Sequence record: NC_027364.1
Reading direction: 5' to 3' (one strand)
Length of the DNA: 64,000 nt
Positions 19,248-28,763 of this stretch are shown here, piece by piece. The notes beneath the pieces are model-generated. The model saw only the letters and a program-made list of their open reading frames with translations. It had not been told where the DNA came from and ran no database searches. Position 1 is the stretch's first letter, and every line of letters starts with the position of its first letter. The position numbers were made by a program, and so were the translations under genes.

Positions 19248-19603
19248 AAAAATCTCACAGATTTAATATTACTGGTTACATGATTTACCCAAGTGTTATC
19301 GAACTTGTAAACAATTGTATTAAGTGATTTATGAAAATTAACCTCGCACACTAATGCCTTGGAACCATTGATTGTACAGACCGTGGATGGTAAGTTGTTT
19401 GCTAATATCTCTTTTTCATCTAAACATAGTGAACTAATACAATCATAATAGAGAGGTTCAAGAACTTTTTCAGTACTGAGAAAGTCAAAAGAAAGATCAT
19501 CTATTAGTTTTATGTAATCGAATAAATTATGATAATATTCATTCATTGTAGATCCTTTTAAATTTAGCATTATTAGAATATGTATATGAATGACCAAAAT
19601 CAT
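19244..19603 (-). CDS. hypothetical small protein (true start probably the internal MNEYY)
   Basis: AAAGGA SD precedes the internal ATG. Confidence 0.6.
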   Translation of the reverse strand: MILVIHIHILIMLNLKGSTMNEYYHNLFDYIKLIDDLSFDFLSTEKVLEPLYYDCISSLCLDEKEILANNLPSTVCTINGSKALVCEVNFHKSLNTIVYKFDNTWVNHVTSNIKSVRFL

Positions 19604-19790
19604 TTACACCATGTACATTTAGTACACCGTCACTGAAATAAATTCGATCAATCGTGAGTTCACGTTTATAATCCCAATCATCATACCAGCACAGAACACG
19701 AATGCCTTTGTACTTTGTAGTTAAATCATTTTCTAATATAGTCAAGTAATCAATATGACTTTTGAATATCTCTAAGTCCTGCTCAAACAT
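19539..19790 (-). CDS. small helix-plus-beta-barrel family protein
   Basis: KYKGIRVLC segment. Confidence 0.7.
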   Translation of the reverse strand: MFEQDLEIFKSHIDYLTILENDLTTKYKGIRVLCWYDDWDYKRELTIDRIYFSDGVLNVHGVNDFGHSYTYSNNAKFKRIYNE

Positions 19791-20050
19791 TATTGTTCCT
19801 CGTATAATTCTATATCATCAATTCCAACTTGGCGAATTGCAGTACTTCTGTTGAATGTATTTTTTTCAAACAAACATACTGTTAAACGTATTTCACACTT
19901 CAATGCACTGTAATAAATCATATCAATAACACCATATGTTTCATACATTTCTACGTATACATTTCGACCTAAGTACTTTTCTTCTAAATCAGTAATTAGA
20001 CTATTGATAAGATTACCTATCTGTGTTATATCTGTGCGAAATTTATCCAT
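19790..20050 (-). CDS. small helix-plus-beta-barrel family protein
   Basis: KYLGRNVYV segment. Confidence 0.7.
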   Translation of the reverse strand: MDKFRTDITQIGNLINSLITDLEEKYLGRNVYVEMYETYGVIDMIYYSALKCEIRLTVCLFEKNTFNRSTAIRQVGIDDIELYEEQ

Positions 20051-20226
20051 TATAATAAACCTCTCACATAAAACATTGATGAAAATAGATAATCATCAGT
20101 ACTGGAATTTAGTAGTTTATCAAAACTATAATTTTTATGCTTATTTTCATACAAAGACAATCTATAGTATCGTTCTATATTTTCTAAGTAGTCTTTTCGT
20201 AATAACATCTGTGTTGTTACATTCAC
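20050..20226 (-). CDS. 58-aa protein missed by the ORF track
   Basis: GTG start, MNVTTQMLLRKDYL...VRGLL*, TAATG overlap with the next gene. Confidence 0.6.
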   Translation of the reverse strand: MNVTTQMLLRKDYLENIERYYRLSLYENKHKNYSFDKLLNSSTDDYLFSSMFYVRGLL

Positions 20227-20239
20227 TATAATGTACCTT

Positions 20240-20272
20240 AAAAGAAAAAGGGACCAATATATGATCCCTTTT
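20240..20272 (-). terminator. intrinsic terminator after pnk
   Basis: AAAAGGGATCA-TATAT-TGGTCCCTTTTT-CTTTT. Confidence 0.8.
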
Positions 20273-20275
20273 GTA

Positions 20276-21208
20276 TTAGAAATTTCCTTCAGCCACTTGG
20301 AAAACTTTCAACCCAAGTAGTTTACGCCACATGAATACAACTTGATCGCGGTCATCATATACCTTTTTAACATCGTAATGATCAACCACATTTTTCATGT
20401 ACAGGTCGAATTTTACAACATCATCAGGACGTTTATCATCGATATCTCGCATAAACAATGCATCGTAAGGAACACCCCAATTCTTAAGCCACTGTTCGGT
20501 ATCAGCACGACACCCTTCAGTACGCCCACTCATGACGATAATCTTGCGTTTATGAAAAACTGCTTCAGCGATAATAGACAAAATAACTTCTTCATCAGGT
20601 GTATCCTGAAGAACAGTACTTTCATCGTAAGGATTACGACCCCATTTATGAGCAAGAGTACCGTCAATATCAACGATAACAGCAGCTTCTCGTGAATTAC
20701 CATAGTAACCAATGTGCAATGCTTTACTATAATAGTACGTATCTGCCATAGTGTCAATGATATTATCTTGTACTGAACGCTCACGCTGGAGGTTATATTT
20801 CTTACAAAGTTTTACGAACTCTTTAATCTTAAAGAATTCATGAACATCTGCACCACGGTCTTCATTAGGTACAAAATCATCATAGAAGTTCTTTTCTTTG
20901 TAATCATAACCATTATCTATAGCCCATACTTTCCATAGATTACGGAAATGTTGTTTAAGGTTCGTATCGGATATGATGATGTTCCAACCATTCTCTGCTG
21001 CTGAATTTGCTGCACTGAACTGTAAATTAGTTACGTACTGCTCATTAGCATCGTTGAATTTGTAAGCATCATGTGACCCAGCCATAGATTCACGAATATC
21101 ATCACGGTTGATGTTGATAGTCTTGGATTTGGCGTTTTTAATCTCTTGCACTGCCCATGTAGTTTTACCACACCCAGGCAATCCAACTGTTAGTGTGATA
21201 GTTGGCAT
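20276..21208 (-). CDS. pseT: polynucleotide 5'-kinase/3'-phosphatase (T4 PseT-like)
   Basis: GLPGCGKTT P-loop, NRDDIR, IISDTNL; HAD phosphatase DIDGT, SGR, DDRDQVV. Confidence 0.95.
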   Translation of the reverse strand: MPTITLTVGLPGCGKTTWAVQEIKNAKSKTININRDDIRESMAGSHDAYKFNDANEQYVTNLQFSAANSAAENGWNIIISDTNLKQHFRNLWKVWAIDNGYDYKEKNFYDDFVPNEDRGADVHEFFKIKEFVKLCKKYNLQRERSVQDNIIDTMADTYYYSKALHIGYYGNSREAAVIVDIDGTLAHKWGRNPYDESTVLQDTPDEEVILSIIAEAVFHKRKIIVMSGRTEGCRADTEQWLKNWGVPYDALFMRDIDDKRPDDVVKFDLYMKNVVDHYDVKKVYDDRDQVVFMWRKLLGLKVFQVAEGNF

Positions 21209-21211
21209 CCT

Positions 21212-21541
21212 TTAATCCTCTAAAAATTTAACATGCTCTATATTATGATAAGTTAGCCATTCCTGTGGTGTTCCCTTGCGTATTAAAACACCAATATACG
21301 CAATACCATTAATTAGACCATTACTATCAGTATTCACATCAACTTTCACAATCTCGGAATCGTACCAGTGTTTGAATGTGTAATCCCAACATCTGACTTT
21401 CTTCCCAATAAGATTGCTCTTGTATTTGTCAATCATTTCATCGACGATAGTTTGTACTGAATTTTTAATTTCAGCTTCTACTGACTTTATATATAGTAAA
21501 TTACTTTGTGCATTGTTTATCATTATATTTTCCAACTCCAA
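21212..21541 (-). CDS. small helix-plus-beta-barrel family protein
   Basis: NLIGKKVRC segment. Confidence 0.7.
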   Translation of the reverse strand: MELENIMINNAQSNLLYIKSVEAEIKNSVQTIVDEMIDKYKSNLIGKKVRCWDYTFKHWYDSEIVKVDVNTDSNGLINGIAYIGVLIRKGTPQEWLTYHNIEHVKFLED

Positions 21542-21737
21542 ATCGCTTGGAGATTTTCACAAGTACAGATTCATCACAACGAATACTAGCAGTATCATTG
21601 GATGAACTGTACTTTAATGGGGTCCACTGTAATTGAGATTCTTCTAGGAACTTGATACATCTGAAGTAATCTTTCAGAGAAAGAAATTTAACTACTGACA
21701 TATCCTGAACAATACTATGCTGAACTTCAACTTTCAT
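21501..21737 (-). CDS. hypothetical small protein
   Basis: 78 aa, AGGAG SD. Confidence 0.65.
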   Translation of the reverse strand: MKVEVQHSIVQDMSVVKFLSLKDYFRCIKFLEESQLQWTPLKYSSSNDTASIRCDESVLVKISKRFGVGKYNDKQCTK

Positions 21738-21746
21738 ATGAACTCC

Positions 21747-22004
21747 TTATAGTGGATCAAATTTATTTTCACGTTTCGATGTATAGCGAGTTACATCATG
21801 TATTCTCGGCTTAACACCTTTTGGTTTCCTTTTCTTCTTGTATTCAGTACTACTACATCCGAAGGTATTCTCGATTCGTTTCTTACTTATCTTCACACCT
21901 TTCATTGAGCGTTTGTGCTGTAATTCATCGATTTCTTCTTGTATTTTCCTGAACTCAGTCGGAGAAAGGGAACCGTCATTTTTATACTTAGGTTTAGCCA
22001 TCAC
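21747..22004 (-). CDS. small basic protein
   Basis: 85 aa, Lys/Arg-rich, GGAG SD. Confidence 0.7.
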   Translation of the reverse strand: MMAKPKYKNDGSLSPTEFRKIQEEIDELQHKRSMKGVKISKKRIENTFGCSSTEYKKKRKPKGVKPRIHDVTRYTSKRENKFDPL

Positions 22005-22031
22005 TTCTCCTTGTGCTTAGGCTAGATAGTA

Positions 22032-23174
22032 CTAAAAATCCTTTAGTACAATTTTCATGTATTTTATAAGAGTCTCTTTGTAATCAACTTTCTTATTGTT
22101 ATACATTGCAAAGGCCAAGCCCTGACGATTCAGTTCATTAGTTAAACACTCCTGAACCTTCATTGCGAATTCCTTTCGCTCCAAGTGCTTGTGTTCCTTG
22201 ACGAAGCTTTCTACTTCATCTTGTAATGCATTATAGCACGAAAATACCAATTGTTCCATTCTTAATATCTTTTGCATAGCATATTCATCAGTACTGAACA
22301 ATTGTTTTAAATCATCACTAGAACCATTTAATACTGCTTCATATAAATGAGAATCAATAATAATACTATCTTTTGTAAGATGTAATGAACTGTACCAGTC
22401 AGTCTTTATTTTACACATTGTCCCATTATTTAGGATGCACACAAAACCCTCAATATCAAGCATTTTATGAACTTCCTCCACGCTTTCACGGAAGGTATTT
22501 CGTACCGGAAAAGTGTGATGAATATCTTTTCCAGTCATATTAGTACTGTACTGTGCAAGACATGGAAACTTATCACGTAGTGCTTTACCACAAAGCAACT
22601 CACCACTCACACGATGACGAACGTTCAGTACAAACAGTTGTTCTACCTGATATGGTAATACAATTCGGTACTCTGGACTTGTATACTCCATATTAACTGT
22701 GTAACCTAAACGTTCCGCTTCGTCGATGTACTGATACAAATTCTGGTTCTCGTTAATAAGTCGAGTACTGTTAATCGCATGGTCAGAATACAATGCAGTA
22801 TGTGATTTACAACGAATCTCACCATCATTATCACGATAAGTACTGATGATCGAGCCATCCAACTTAGGCATCACTACCGCAATGTCATCGCATGTGGTGT
22901 TAGCAGGGAACATTGTAGCAGGATTCTCGTAAGCATTGAAGAACTTTTTCATTGTACGTGCTGCACAACGTATCATGTCACCTTCTTCATCAATTTCCCA
23001 CATAGAGCCACGGGTTTCCAACGCATTTGGTTGCATGAAATCAGTGTATGATGCTAGACGATAACTGAATACACGATACGTGCCACCAGCAGGACTTTTA
23101 TGATCCACATAAAAGAATGCATCGTTTGTATTACATAAGTGCATTAAATCTTCATATATTTGCAAAAGGGTCAT
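22032..23174 (-). CDS. rnlA: RNA ligase 1 (T4 RnlA-like)
   Basis: FSYRLASY..F, ETRG, KKFFNAYEN, motif I KLDGS, MEY, EGFV, KIKT.WY..LH. Confidence 0.93.
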   Translation of the reverse strand: MTLLQIYEDLMHLCNTNDAFFYVDHKSPAGGTYRVFSYRLASYTDFMQPNALETRGSMWEIDEEGDMIRCAARTMKKFFNAYENPATMFPANTTCDDIAVVMPKLDGSIISTYRDNDGEIRCKSHTALYSDHAINSTRLINENQNLYQYIDEAERLGYTVNMEYTSPEYRIVLPYQVEQLFVLNVRHRVSGELLCGKALRDKFPCLAQYSTNMTGKDIHHTFPVRNTFRESVEEVHKMLDIEGFVCILNNGTMCKIKTDWYSSLHLTKDSIIIDSHLYEAVLNGSSDDLKQLFSTDEYAMQKILRMEQLVFSCYNALQDEVESFVKEHKHLERKEFAMKVQECLTNELNRQGLAFAMYNNKKVDYKETLIKYMKIVLKDF

Positions 23175-23479
23175 TTTATTACCTCTATATCTACATCAGT
23201 TCCATAATATGATATTAATCCATCATCAGATTCACACTGAATAGACAACTCAGATTCATAGTATGTTACTTTATTCACTGTTAGTACTTGTTCTTCAATT
23301 ACTCCAGAAAAATAATTCATCTCACGTACACGAACTTTAGTTCCTTTAGGTAGTTCATCTGAGATTTTTCGAACAAGATCATAAGCAGCCTGTTCAAGTG
23401 TGTACAGTAATTGTAATCTATCTTGAATATTCATATTATTTCCACCAACTGGTATCACGTCCATTAGACAAAGATTCAT
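23171..23479 (-). CDS. small helix-plus-beta-barrel family protein
   Basis: LPKGTKVRV segment. Confidence 0.7.
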   Translation of the reverse strand: MNLCLMDVIPVGGNNMNIQDRLQLLYTLEQAAYDLVRKISDELPKGTKVRVREMNYFSGVIEEQVLTVNKVTYYESELSIQCESDDGLISYYGTDVDIEVIK

Positions 23480-24125
23480 TGTACTGATGCCTAAAATTAG
23501 TTTTTGGATTATTGTTCATAGTACTAATAAAATCAAATTTAACATTCTCTTGAATATATTTTTTAACACTATCTTTAAATTTAATAGTACTGAAGTCTAA
23601 ATCTAGATGTTCATACAATACCGGATGACAAAACTCATGTGTACGCAACGCTGGCATGGTATCCTTAATGTATTGCACTGTGTTAATCATTGCATTGTAT
23701 TCAGGCATAGCACGCATCATCATTAGCTGAAAGTGTTCTTCCTCTGACATTGACTCATCTAAATCAATAACGACTTCATCATTTTTAGAGTCATAAACTT
23801 TAATGGTACTCTTGGTTGGATCAAGCATAGCCCACTCTGGATACAGGCATGTTTTCCAAAAAGGATTATTGCACTGAAACATACTAATGAGATTTTGATT
23901 TTTATCAAAAATAGCAAATCCAAGATCCGAACTTGGTTGTACTTCACATACACAAATATCGTAAGACGAGTCTTCAGTACTGAGTGAACCAACTACATTT
24001 GATATATGTGAATATGGAGTTTCTCTTGACTCCAACTGAAATGTACTTTCAATTCGATTGATTTGTGGATGTAATGTAATTACACCCCTTAGTACATATA
24101 AAATTCTATCTAAATCTTTAATCAA
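23436..24125 (-). CDS. FQ-box family protein
   Basis: MSEEEHFQLMM. Confidence 0.75.
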   Translation of the reverse strand: MIKDLDRILYVLRGVITLHPQINRIESTFQLESRETPYSHISNVVGSLSTEDSSYDICVCEVQPSSDLGFAIFDKNQNLISMFQCNNPFWKTCLYPEWAMLDPTKSTIKVYDSKNDEVVIDLDESMSEEEHFQLMMMRAMPEYNAMINTVQYIKDTMPALRTHEFCHPVLYEHLDLDFSTIKFKDSVKKYIQENVKFDFISTMNNNPKTNFRHQYNESLSNGRDTSWWK

Positions 24126-24700
24126 AATTCTATCCCCGTATCGGTTAATTTCGTTCCGTCCATGTACTTAACAGTTATTTCAATGCGTCTATCAGTACTC
24201 AATTTTTGAAGATCATTGAAGTACAATTTAAATTCTTCAAAGAACTCAAGTGGTGGAATATCGTATAAAGTACTAATCTGGAAGTGCTCAGGTAATCCAA
24301 ATTCCAATATATCAATCTTAGGCATAAGTCCATCGGCTGCTGCACCTTCTGGTGTACTGCTGTCTGCTACATAAAACATAGAATTACCATGACGCTGGAT
24401 AACGAATACGCAATCATCTTCACTTATATAAATCATATTTCCAAGGTATGGATCGTTATCACACCAATTGTCATGGACGAATTGATCAACTTGAAGTAAA
24501 TCGTGTATAATTCCTCGACCACTATCATCGATTCTAATATGTAAACCAGAATCACTTTTGCTCAACCAGCGGTATCTTGAATCACATCCTGATTCCATAA
24601 ATGGATATTTTGAAAAATTCATATCAGTACCATTATAAAACCAATCGTACCACTCATTACGCATACTAATCAGCTTAGTACTTAATTCTAATACATTCAT
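24122..24700 (-). CDS. FQ-box family protein
   Basis: GLPEHFQISTLYD. Confidence 0.75.
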   Translation of the reverse strand: MNVLELSTKLISMRNEWYDWFYNGTDMNFSKYPFMESGCDSRYRWLSKSDSGLHIRIDDSGRGIIHDLLQVDQFVHDNWCDNDPYLGNMIYISEDDCVFVIQRHGNSMFYVADSSTPEGAAADGLMPKIDILEFGLPEHFQISTLYDIPPLEFFEEFKLYFNDLQKLSTDRRIEITVKYMDGTKLTDTGIEF

Positions 24701-24707
24701 TTTAGTT

Positions 24708-25010
24708 TTATCCTCTTAATTTAATAGTACTGGCTGGATATTCTACCAAAGTATTATCTGGTAATCCTATACAGTAATAAGGGAAATACCCCATCTTTAT
24801 ATTAATACCAATTAAAATTCCTGTTTTATATGAAGTATTAATTCCATAGTAATCGTCTATATCAACAGTAAGTCCATATAATGATATGTTACAATCCTTG
24901 ATGTATCGGTCAAACATTTTATACATTGATGGATATAAAGTTCCATTGGATTGTCTCACCAAATCAGCCAACATTTTGATAGTACTGTTAATTAAATCTA
25001 TACTGAACAT
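24708..25010 (-). CDS. small helix-plus-beta-barrel family protein
   Basis: LYGLTVDI...GILIG. Confidence 0.65.
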   Translation of the reverse strand: MFSIDLINSTIKMLADLVRQSNGTLYPSMYKMFDRYIKDCNISLYGLTVDIDDYYGINTSYKTGILIGINIKMGYFPYYCIGLPDNTLVEYPASTIKLRG

Positions 25011-25054
25011 CTTTGTACCTGCGAAAAAAGACCAGCAAACGCTGGTCTAAGAAT

Positions 25055-25336
25055 TTAAATTATTTCATAAAGACAATATACACCATCAACGCCAGCATCA
25101 GGAAAATCAACATAGAAATTCACACTAACAGTGTCGTAATCTATATCAGTGATTCGTCCGGTTTTACCTACACTTTTTACAAATATATCAGACCCAAGAT
25201 ACACAAACTCGAACTCGTCAGCATACTCTTTTATGATATCTGCGAACCAACAACCACACCTAGGTTCTGTGTTAATAATTTCAAGATATAATGTAATATA
25301 TTGTTCGTATGTCCATGTGTGTAGATAAAAATCCAT
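25055..25336 (-). CDS. small helix-plus-beta-barrel family protein
   Basis: YLGSDIFV...GRITDI. Confidence 0.65.
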   Translation of the reverse strand: MDFYLHTWTYEQYITLYLEIINTEPRCGCWFADIIKEYADEFEFVYLGSDIFVKSVGKTGRITDIDYDTVSVNFYVDFPDAGVDGVYCLYEII

Positions 25337-25346
25337 AGAAGTTTCC

Positions 25347-26084
25347 TTAGAAATATATCATACCCATCAATTCAGAATCGGCGGGGCGAGTGTAACTTTG
25401 CTTCTTAACTTTAAAATAGAATGATTCATGCTCTTCTAAATTATAACGTTTTTTCAAGCAACGAGTGTATGTCTGACAATTTGGGTGAACCCACTCATAA
25501 ATGTGAATGCCATTTTCGTCGTAACCATTTATACTACAACGATTTCCTTCATGCTTCATGAAGTTTTTACTTTTTTCAGTAAATTCTTTCACTGTAGTTG
25601 TATATGGAGATTTGTATTCAAAAGGAACTTCAGTCATACGAAAATAATAGTATTCTTCGTCTTCATCATATCCCAAGAGCACTGTGTTAGTTTCACGTAC
25701 ATTGTAATGATTCTTACTTTTTAATTCATTTTCGTATATATCTTTCAGTACTTCTGCAAAAACTTCCTCGCTTGATGCATTAGGATTAGATACACCTGAT
25801 ACTCGGCGTTCAATAATAAAATCAGTGAATTTACGGTCTTCGGCAATATCTTCGTTCATATAAAGACTAACAAACTTATCCTTATATGTCTTTACACTAT
25901 ATTGCTTACTTTGCACTTCACTATAAACATCTGCTAACATATTCTCCTGACCACACTGCACACCACTTACAGAATAAGCACATGCATGTTCAGCCATTAC
26001 TGATGTTAACATTTGGAAATTTGCCATGTTTAATTCATTCGCCATCTCTGTAGCGAAACGGATACGGTCAAGCATTTCACACAC
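25347..26084 (-). CDS. hypothetical protein
   Basis: 245 aa, AAGGAG SD, promoter upstream. Confidence 0.8.
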   Translation of the reverse strand: MCEMLDRIRFATEMANELNMANFQMLTSVMAEHACAYSVSGVQCGQENMLADVYSEVQSKQYSVKTYKDKFVSLYMNEDIAEDRKFTDFIIERRVSGVSNPNASSEEVFAEVLKDIYENELKSKNHYNVRETNTVLLGYDEDEEYYYFRMTEVPFEYKSPYTTTVKEFTEKSKNFMKHEGNRCSINGYDENGIHIYEWVHPNCQTYTRCLKKRYNLEEHESFYFKVKKQSYTRPADSELMGMIYF

Positions 26085-26115
26085 TCCTTGTGTTAATTAT
26101 TGTTCCTTACCCATT

Positions 26116-26143
26116 ATTATATCATGAATTAAACTATTGTCCC
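26116..26143 (-). promoter_or_regulatory. extended -10 promoter
   Basis: TG-A-TATAAT at 26116-26124, GGGACA 16 bp upstream. Confidence 0.55.
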
Positions 26144-26430
26144 TGTTTATAGCAATAAAGATTCTCTAATTTAAAGTCCACTAGGTCACATTCAGAACGT
26201 ACTCGATTCTTGTTCCAGAATAAAATACGAATCCTTTCATAATCACGATAAACACTAATAATGCTTCGGTGCTTGGATTTGTAGTACTCCTGTACTATCC
26301 CCAGATACACAGTCCTCAATAAAGACTTAGTTGGATAGGGCATATTCTGTGCTGACGTGATATTGTAAATCATCTTCATTGTTTCAGCAATAAGTACTTC
26401 ATTTGTTCTCATTGTAATCCTTACATACAC
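26134..26430 (-). CDS. hypothetical protein (start likely a few codons downstream)
   Basis: ORF in the run. Confidence 0.6.
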   Translation of the reverse strand: MYVRITMRTNEVLIAETMKMIYNITSAQNMPYPTKSLLRTVYLGIVQEYYKSKHRSIISVYRDYERIRILFWNKNRVRSECDLVDFKLENLYCYKQGQ

Positions 26431-26575
26431 TATGCAAAGTAAACCCTAAACCAACACCGACAAATGGAAATAGTAAATTGATATACCAAGTATTAATTGA
26501 TGAAAGGAAACAAATCCCACATACTGTCAGTACTGCCAATGAAAAAAGACTCCAGATAAAAAATACTGTTCTCAT
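26399..26575 (-). CDS. 58-aa two-TM membrane protein missed by the ORF track
   Basis: MRTVFFIWSLFSLAVL...KDYNENK*, ATGA overlap with the upstream gene. Confidence 0.6.
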   Translation of the reverse strand: MRTVFFIWSLFSLAVLTVCGICFLSSINTWYINLLFPFVGVGLGFTLHSVCKDYNENK

Positions 26576-26862
26576 AAAAATGTTACCTCATCAAATGAAA
26601 AGTTTAAGTACGTTGTTGAATCTTGGTCTAAACTATGAATAGTAATATGACCATTGAAATAAAAAGAAACATCAACTATTTGAAGTTTTGGGTATTTTCT
26701 AGTACTGAAATACCTTCCTACTACTAAGTCAGAAAACATATTTCTGTATTCTTGTGTTACGTTTTTGTATAGGTTATGTAGAGCACTTTCTTGTGAATCG
26801 AAAGTAATGGAATAATCTTTCACCAATATAGCATATGTTTTCTGCATTAAAATGATATTCAT
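26572..26862 (-). CDS. small helix-plus-beta-barrel family protein
   Basis: DLVVGRYF...IVDV. Confidence 0.65.
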   Translation of the reverse strand: MNIILMQKTYAILVKDYSITFDSQESALHNLYKNVTQEYRNMFSDLVVGRYFSTRKYPKLQIVDVSFYFNGHITIHSLDQDSTTYLNFSFDEVTFL

Positions 26863-27122
26863 AAATCTCCTAATATCTCAAAAATTATTGATATTGGGTA
26901 TACTGGGTTATCAGATGAAGTAACACATACTATTAGTACGTTTTTTCCAGGTGCTACATCCTTTACCGTGAAATTAATATTATTAAGAATCAGTGATTTA
27001 CCAATATAATGCTCTTTCAATAATTCAACAAAATAATCCAGTACTGGATTATCTGCACTATATGATAACTCAGTACTTGATATCATTTTATATGTATGAA
27101 CTATTAGTTCAGCTTTAGTCAT
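26859..27122 (-). CDS. small helix-plus-beta-barrel family protein
   Basis: start re-set to MTKAEL; HYIGKSLI segment. Confidence 0.6.
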   Translation of the reverse strand: MTKAELIVHTYKMISSTELSYSADNPVLDYFVELLKEHYIGKSLILNNINFTVKDVAPGKNVLIVCVTSSDNPVYPISIIFEILGDL

Positions 27123-27315
27123 GAACACGCTCACAATTAAGGCAATAAATGCACTCAATGTCAGGTCGCCATGATTTATCAAAATCTTTGTGCTGTTCTT
27201 CGGTGTATTCTGCATCATCATTAATAGGGAAGAAATCACCAGCACCAGTCGCCCAGTCTGAATCTAAACGGAAACGAGCTAATTGAGTACTGTTACAATA
27301 TGGACACTTATTCAA
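27115..27315 (-). CDS. small zinc-ribbon protein
   Basis: CPYC...CIYCLNC. Confidence 0.7.
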   Translation of the reverse strand: MNKCPYCNSTQLARFRLDSDWATGAGDFFPINDDAEYTEEQHKDFDKSWRPDIECIYCLNCERVHD

Positions 27316-27592
27316 AATTTATTCCTTCTAACTGATATACGTTTAATGAAAATGACCCACTATTATTATCGCATCTGAAACACAGTGTTAAAGAACCATT
27401 AAAACTAACTACATCCGTACAGGTACATTTTTCACCATTGGATATGATAGATTTTCCTATATATAAATCTCTTACTATAGTACGGTAATGTTGCCATAAA
27501 AAATAATACACACTTTCATAGTACTCATCTTTTACATATGATAAGTATAAGAATTTATAAAATACTTGTATTTCCTTTAAGTTGTTTTTCAT
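27308..27592 (-). CDS. YKFLY paralogue 1
   Basis: EIQVFYKFLY...LYIGKSI. Confidence 0.7.
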   Translation of the reverse strand: MKNNLKEIQVFYKFLYLSYVKDEYYESVYYFLWQHYRTIVRDLYIGKSIISNGEKCTCTDVVSFNGSLTLCFRCDNNSGSFSLNVYQLEGINFE

Positions 27593-27866
27593 TCTTCAAT
27601 TCCAGTAAATTTACACCAATCCAATCAACATCACTATCAGTACTTAATTCCAATCGTAGCTTACCGCTATGACTAACAATATCGCGGAATTTGTATATTT
27701 TATTATCACGAACTATACACAAATCATGGTAATATTCATGTAATTCATCCAAAAACTTTATCCATACCGAACGATAGATTTCACTGTAGAGATATTCTCC
27801 AGCATCAACCGTAGCGTATTGGATATACAAAAATTTGTATGTGAATTGTATATCATTTATATTCAT
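27555..27866 (-). CDS. YKFLY paralogue 2
   Basis: INDIQFTYKFLY. Confidence 0.7.
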   Translation of the reverse strand: MNINDIQFTYKFLYIQYATVDAGEYLYSEIYRSVWIKFLDELHEYYHDLCIVRDNKIYKFRDIVSHSGKLRLELSTDSDVDWIGVNLLELKNEKQLKGNTSIL

Positions 27867-27876
27867 ATGTAACCTC

Positions 27877-28188
27877 TTATAAATTCACCAACTTCACAAC
27901 TTTAATCTCGATAAATCCCCTATCGGTTATTTCCTGAAATTGAACATGGATTATACCATTATATGATTGTACACCATAGAAATCGAATTTATCATTTCCA
28001 TCGATAAAAGTACTATAATTCTTTTTGAGATAGTTTTCAATAGAATCTAAGTACTCAATATATAAATCAATAAATTGTTGTTCTTTAGATGGGTTATGTG
28101 AACCTATGTTGTTACTAACAAGGTATGTATCATACAAGTCATATAGGATCTTATAAGTGAATTGTATATCATTTAAATTTAATACCAA
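27877..28188 (-). CDS. YKFLY paralogue 3
   Basis: LNDIQFTYKILY. Confidence 0.7.
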   Translation of the reverse strand: MVLNLNDIQFTYKILYDLYDTYLVSNNIGSHNPSKEQQFIDLYIEYLDSIENYLKKNYSTFIDGNDKFDFYGVQSYNGIIHVQFQEITDRGFIEIKVVKLVNL

Positions 28189-28445
28189 GGGAATATCTCC
28201 AACGGAACACTAGTAAATCCAAAATCAGTGTAGTACTGAACCTCAACTTTACCATCACGTCTAATGATTATATCAGAAAATTCTGCATGGTCGTCATTAA
28301 TAATAACAGTACTGAATTTTTTTTTAATCTTACCACGAATCGTATGAATCATTTCAGTGCATGTGTCTTCTAGACTAGGGCTATCATTGTCGTGTGCTAA
28401 ATCTCGAATAATCTTGTATGTTAGTAGGAAATCTTTATAATTCAT
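28179..28445 (-). CDS. YKFLY paralogue 4
   Basis: MNYKDFLLTYKII. Confidence 0.7.
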   Translation of the reverse strand: MNYKDFLLTYKIIRDLAHDNDSPSLEDTCTEMIHTIRGKIKKKFSTVIINDDHAEFSDIIIRRDGKVEVQYYTDFGFTSVPLEIFPWY

Positions 28446-28717
28446 ATGTCCACCAAATCTATACTATATCTTTCATTAGTATTACTATCTATAAATGATA
28501 GTACTAATTTACCACCAAAACTATTAACTTGTTCTATCTTCTGTTTTTTACCACGAATGATTATCTCACTATTAACAAAATATTCACGTATCATTATTAA
28601 GTGATTAATCCAGATAGTATGAGTGAATGTGTTTTCTCGTATTGTATTGAGATATCTTCCATTGTGATGTAAATCAAACAAAACACTGTATGTATATTGT
28701 AGAACTTTATAATTCAT
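28442..28717 (-). CDS. YKFLY paralogue 5
   Basis: MNYKVLQYTYSVL. Confidence 0.7.
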   Translation of the reverse strand: MNYKVLQYTYSVLFDLHHNGRYLNTIRENTFTHTIWINHLIMIREYFVNSEIIIRGKKQKIEQVNSFGGKLVLSFIDSNTNERYSIDLVDI

Positions 28718-28729
28718 ATATCCCCTTAC

Positions 28730-28758
28730 AAAAATAGCCCGAACTTATGTCGGGCTAT
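28730..28758 (-). terminator. intrinsic terminator
   Basis: ATAGCCCGA-CATAAG-TTCGGGCTAT-TTTT. Confidence 0.8.
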
Positions 28759-28763
28759 GTACA

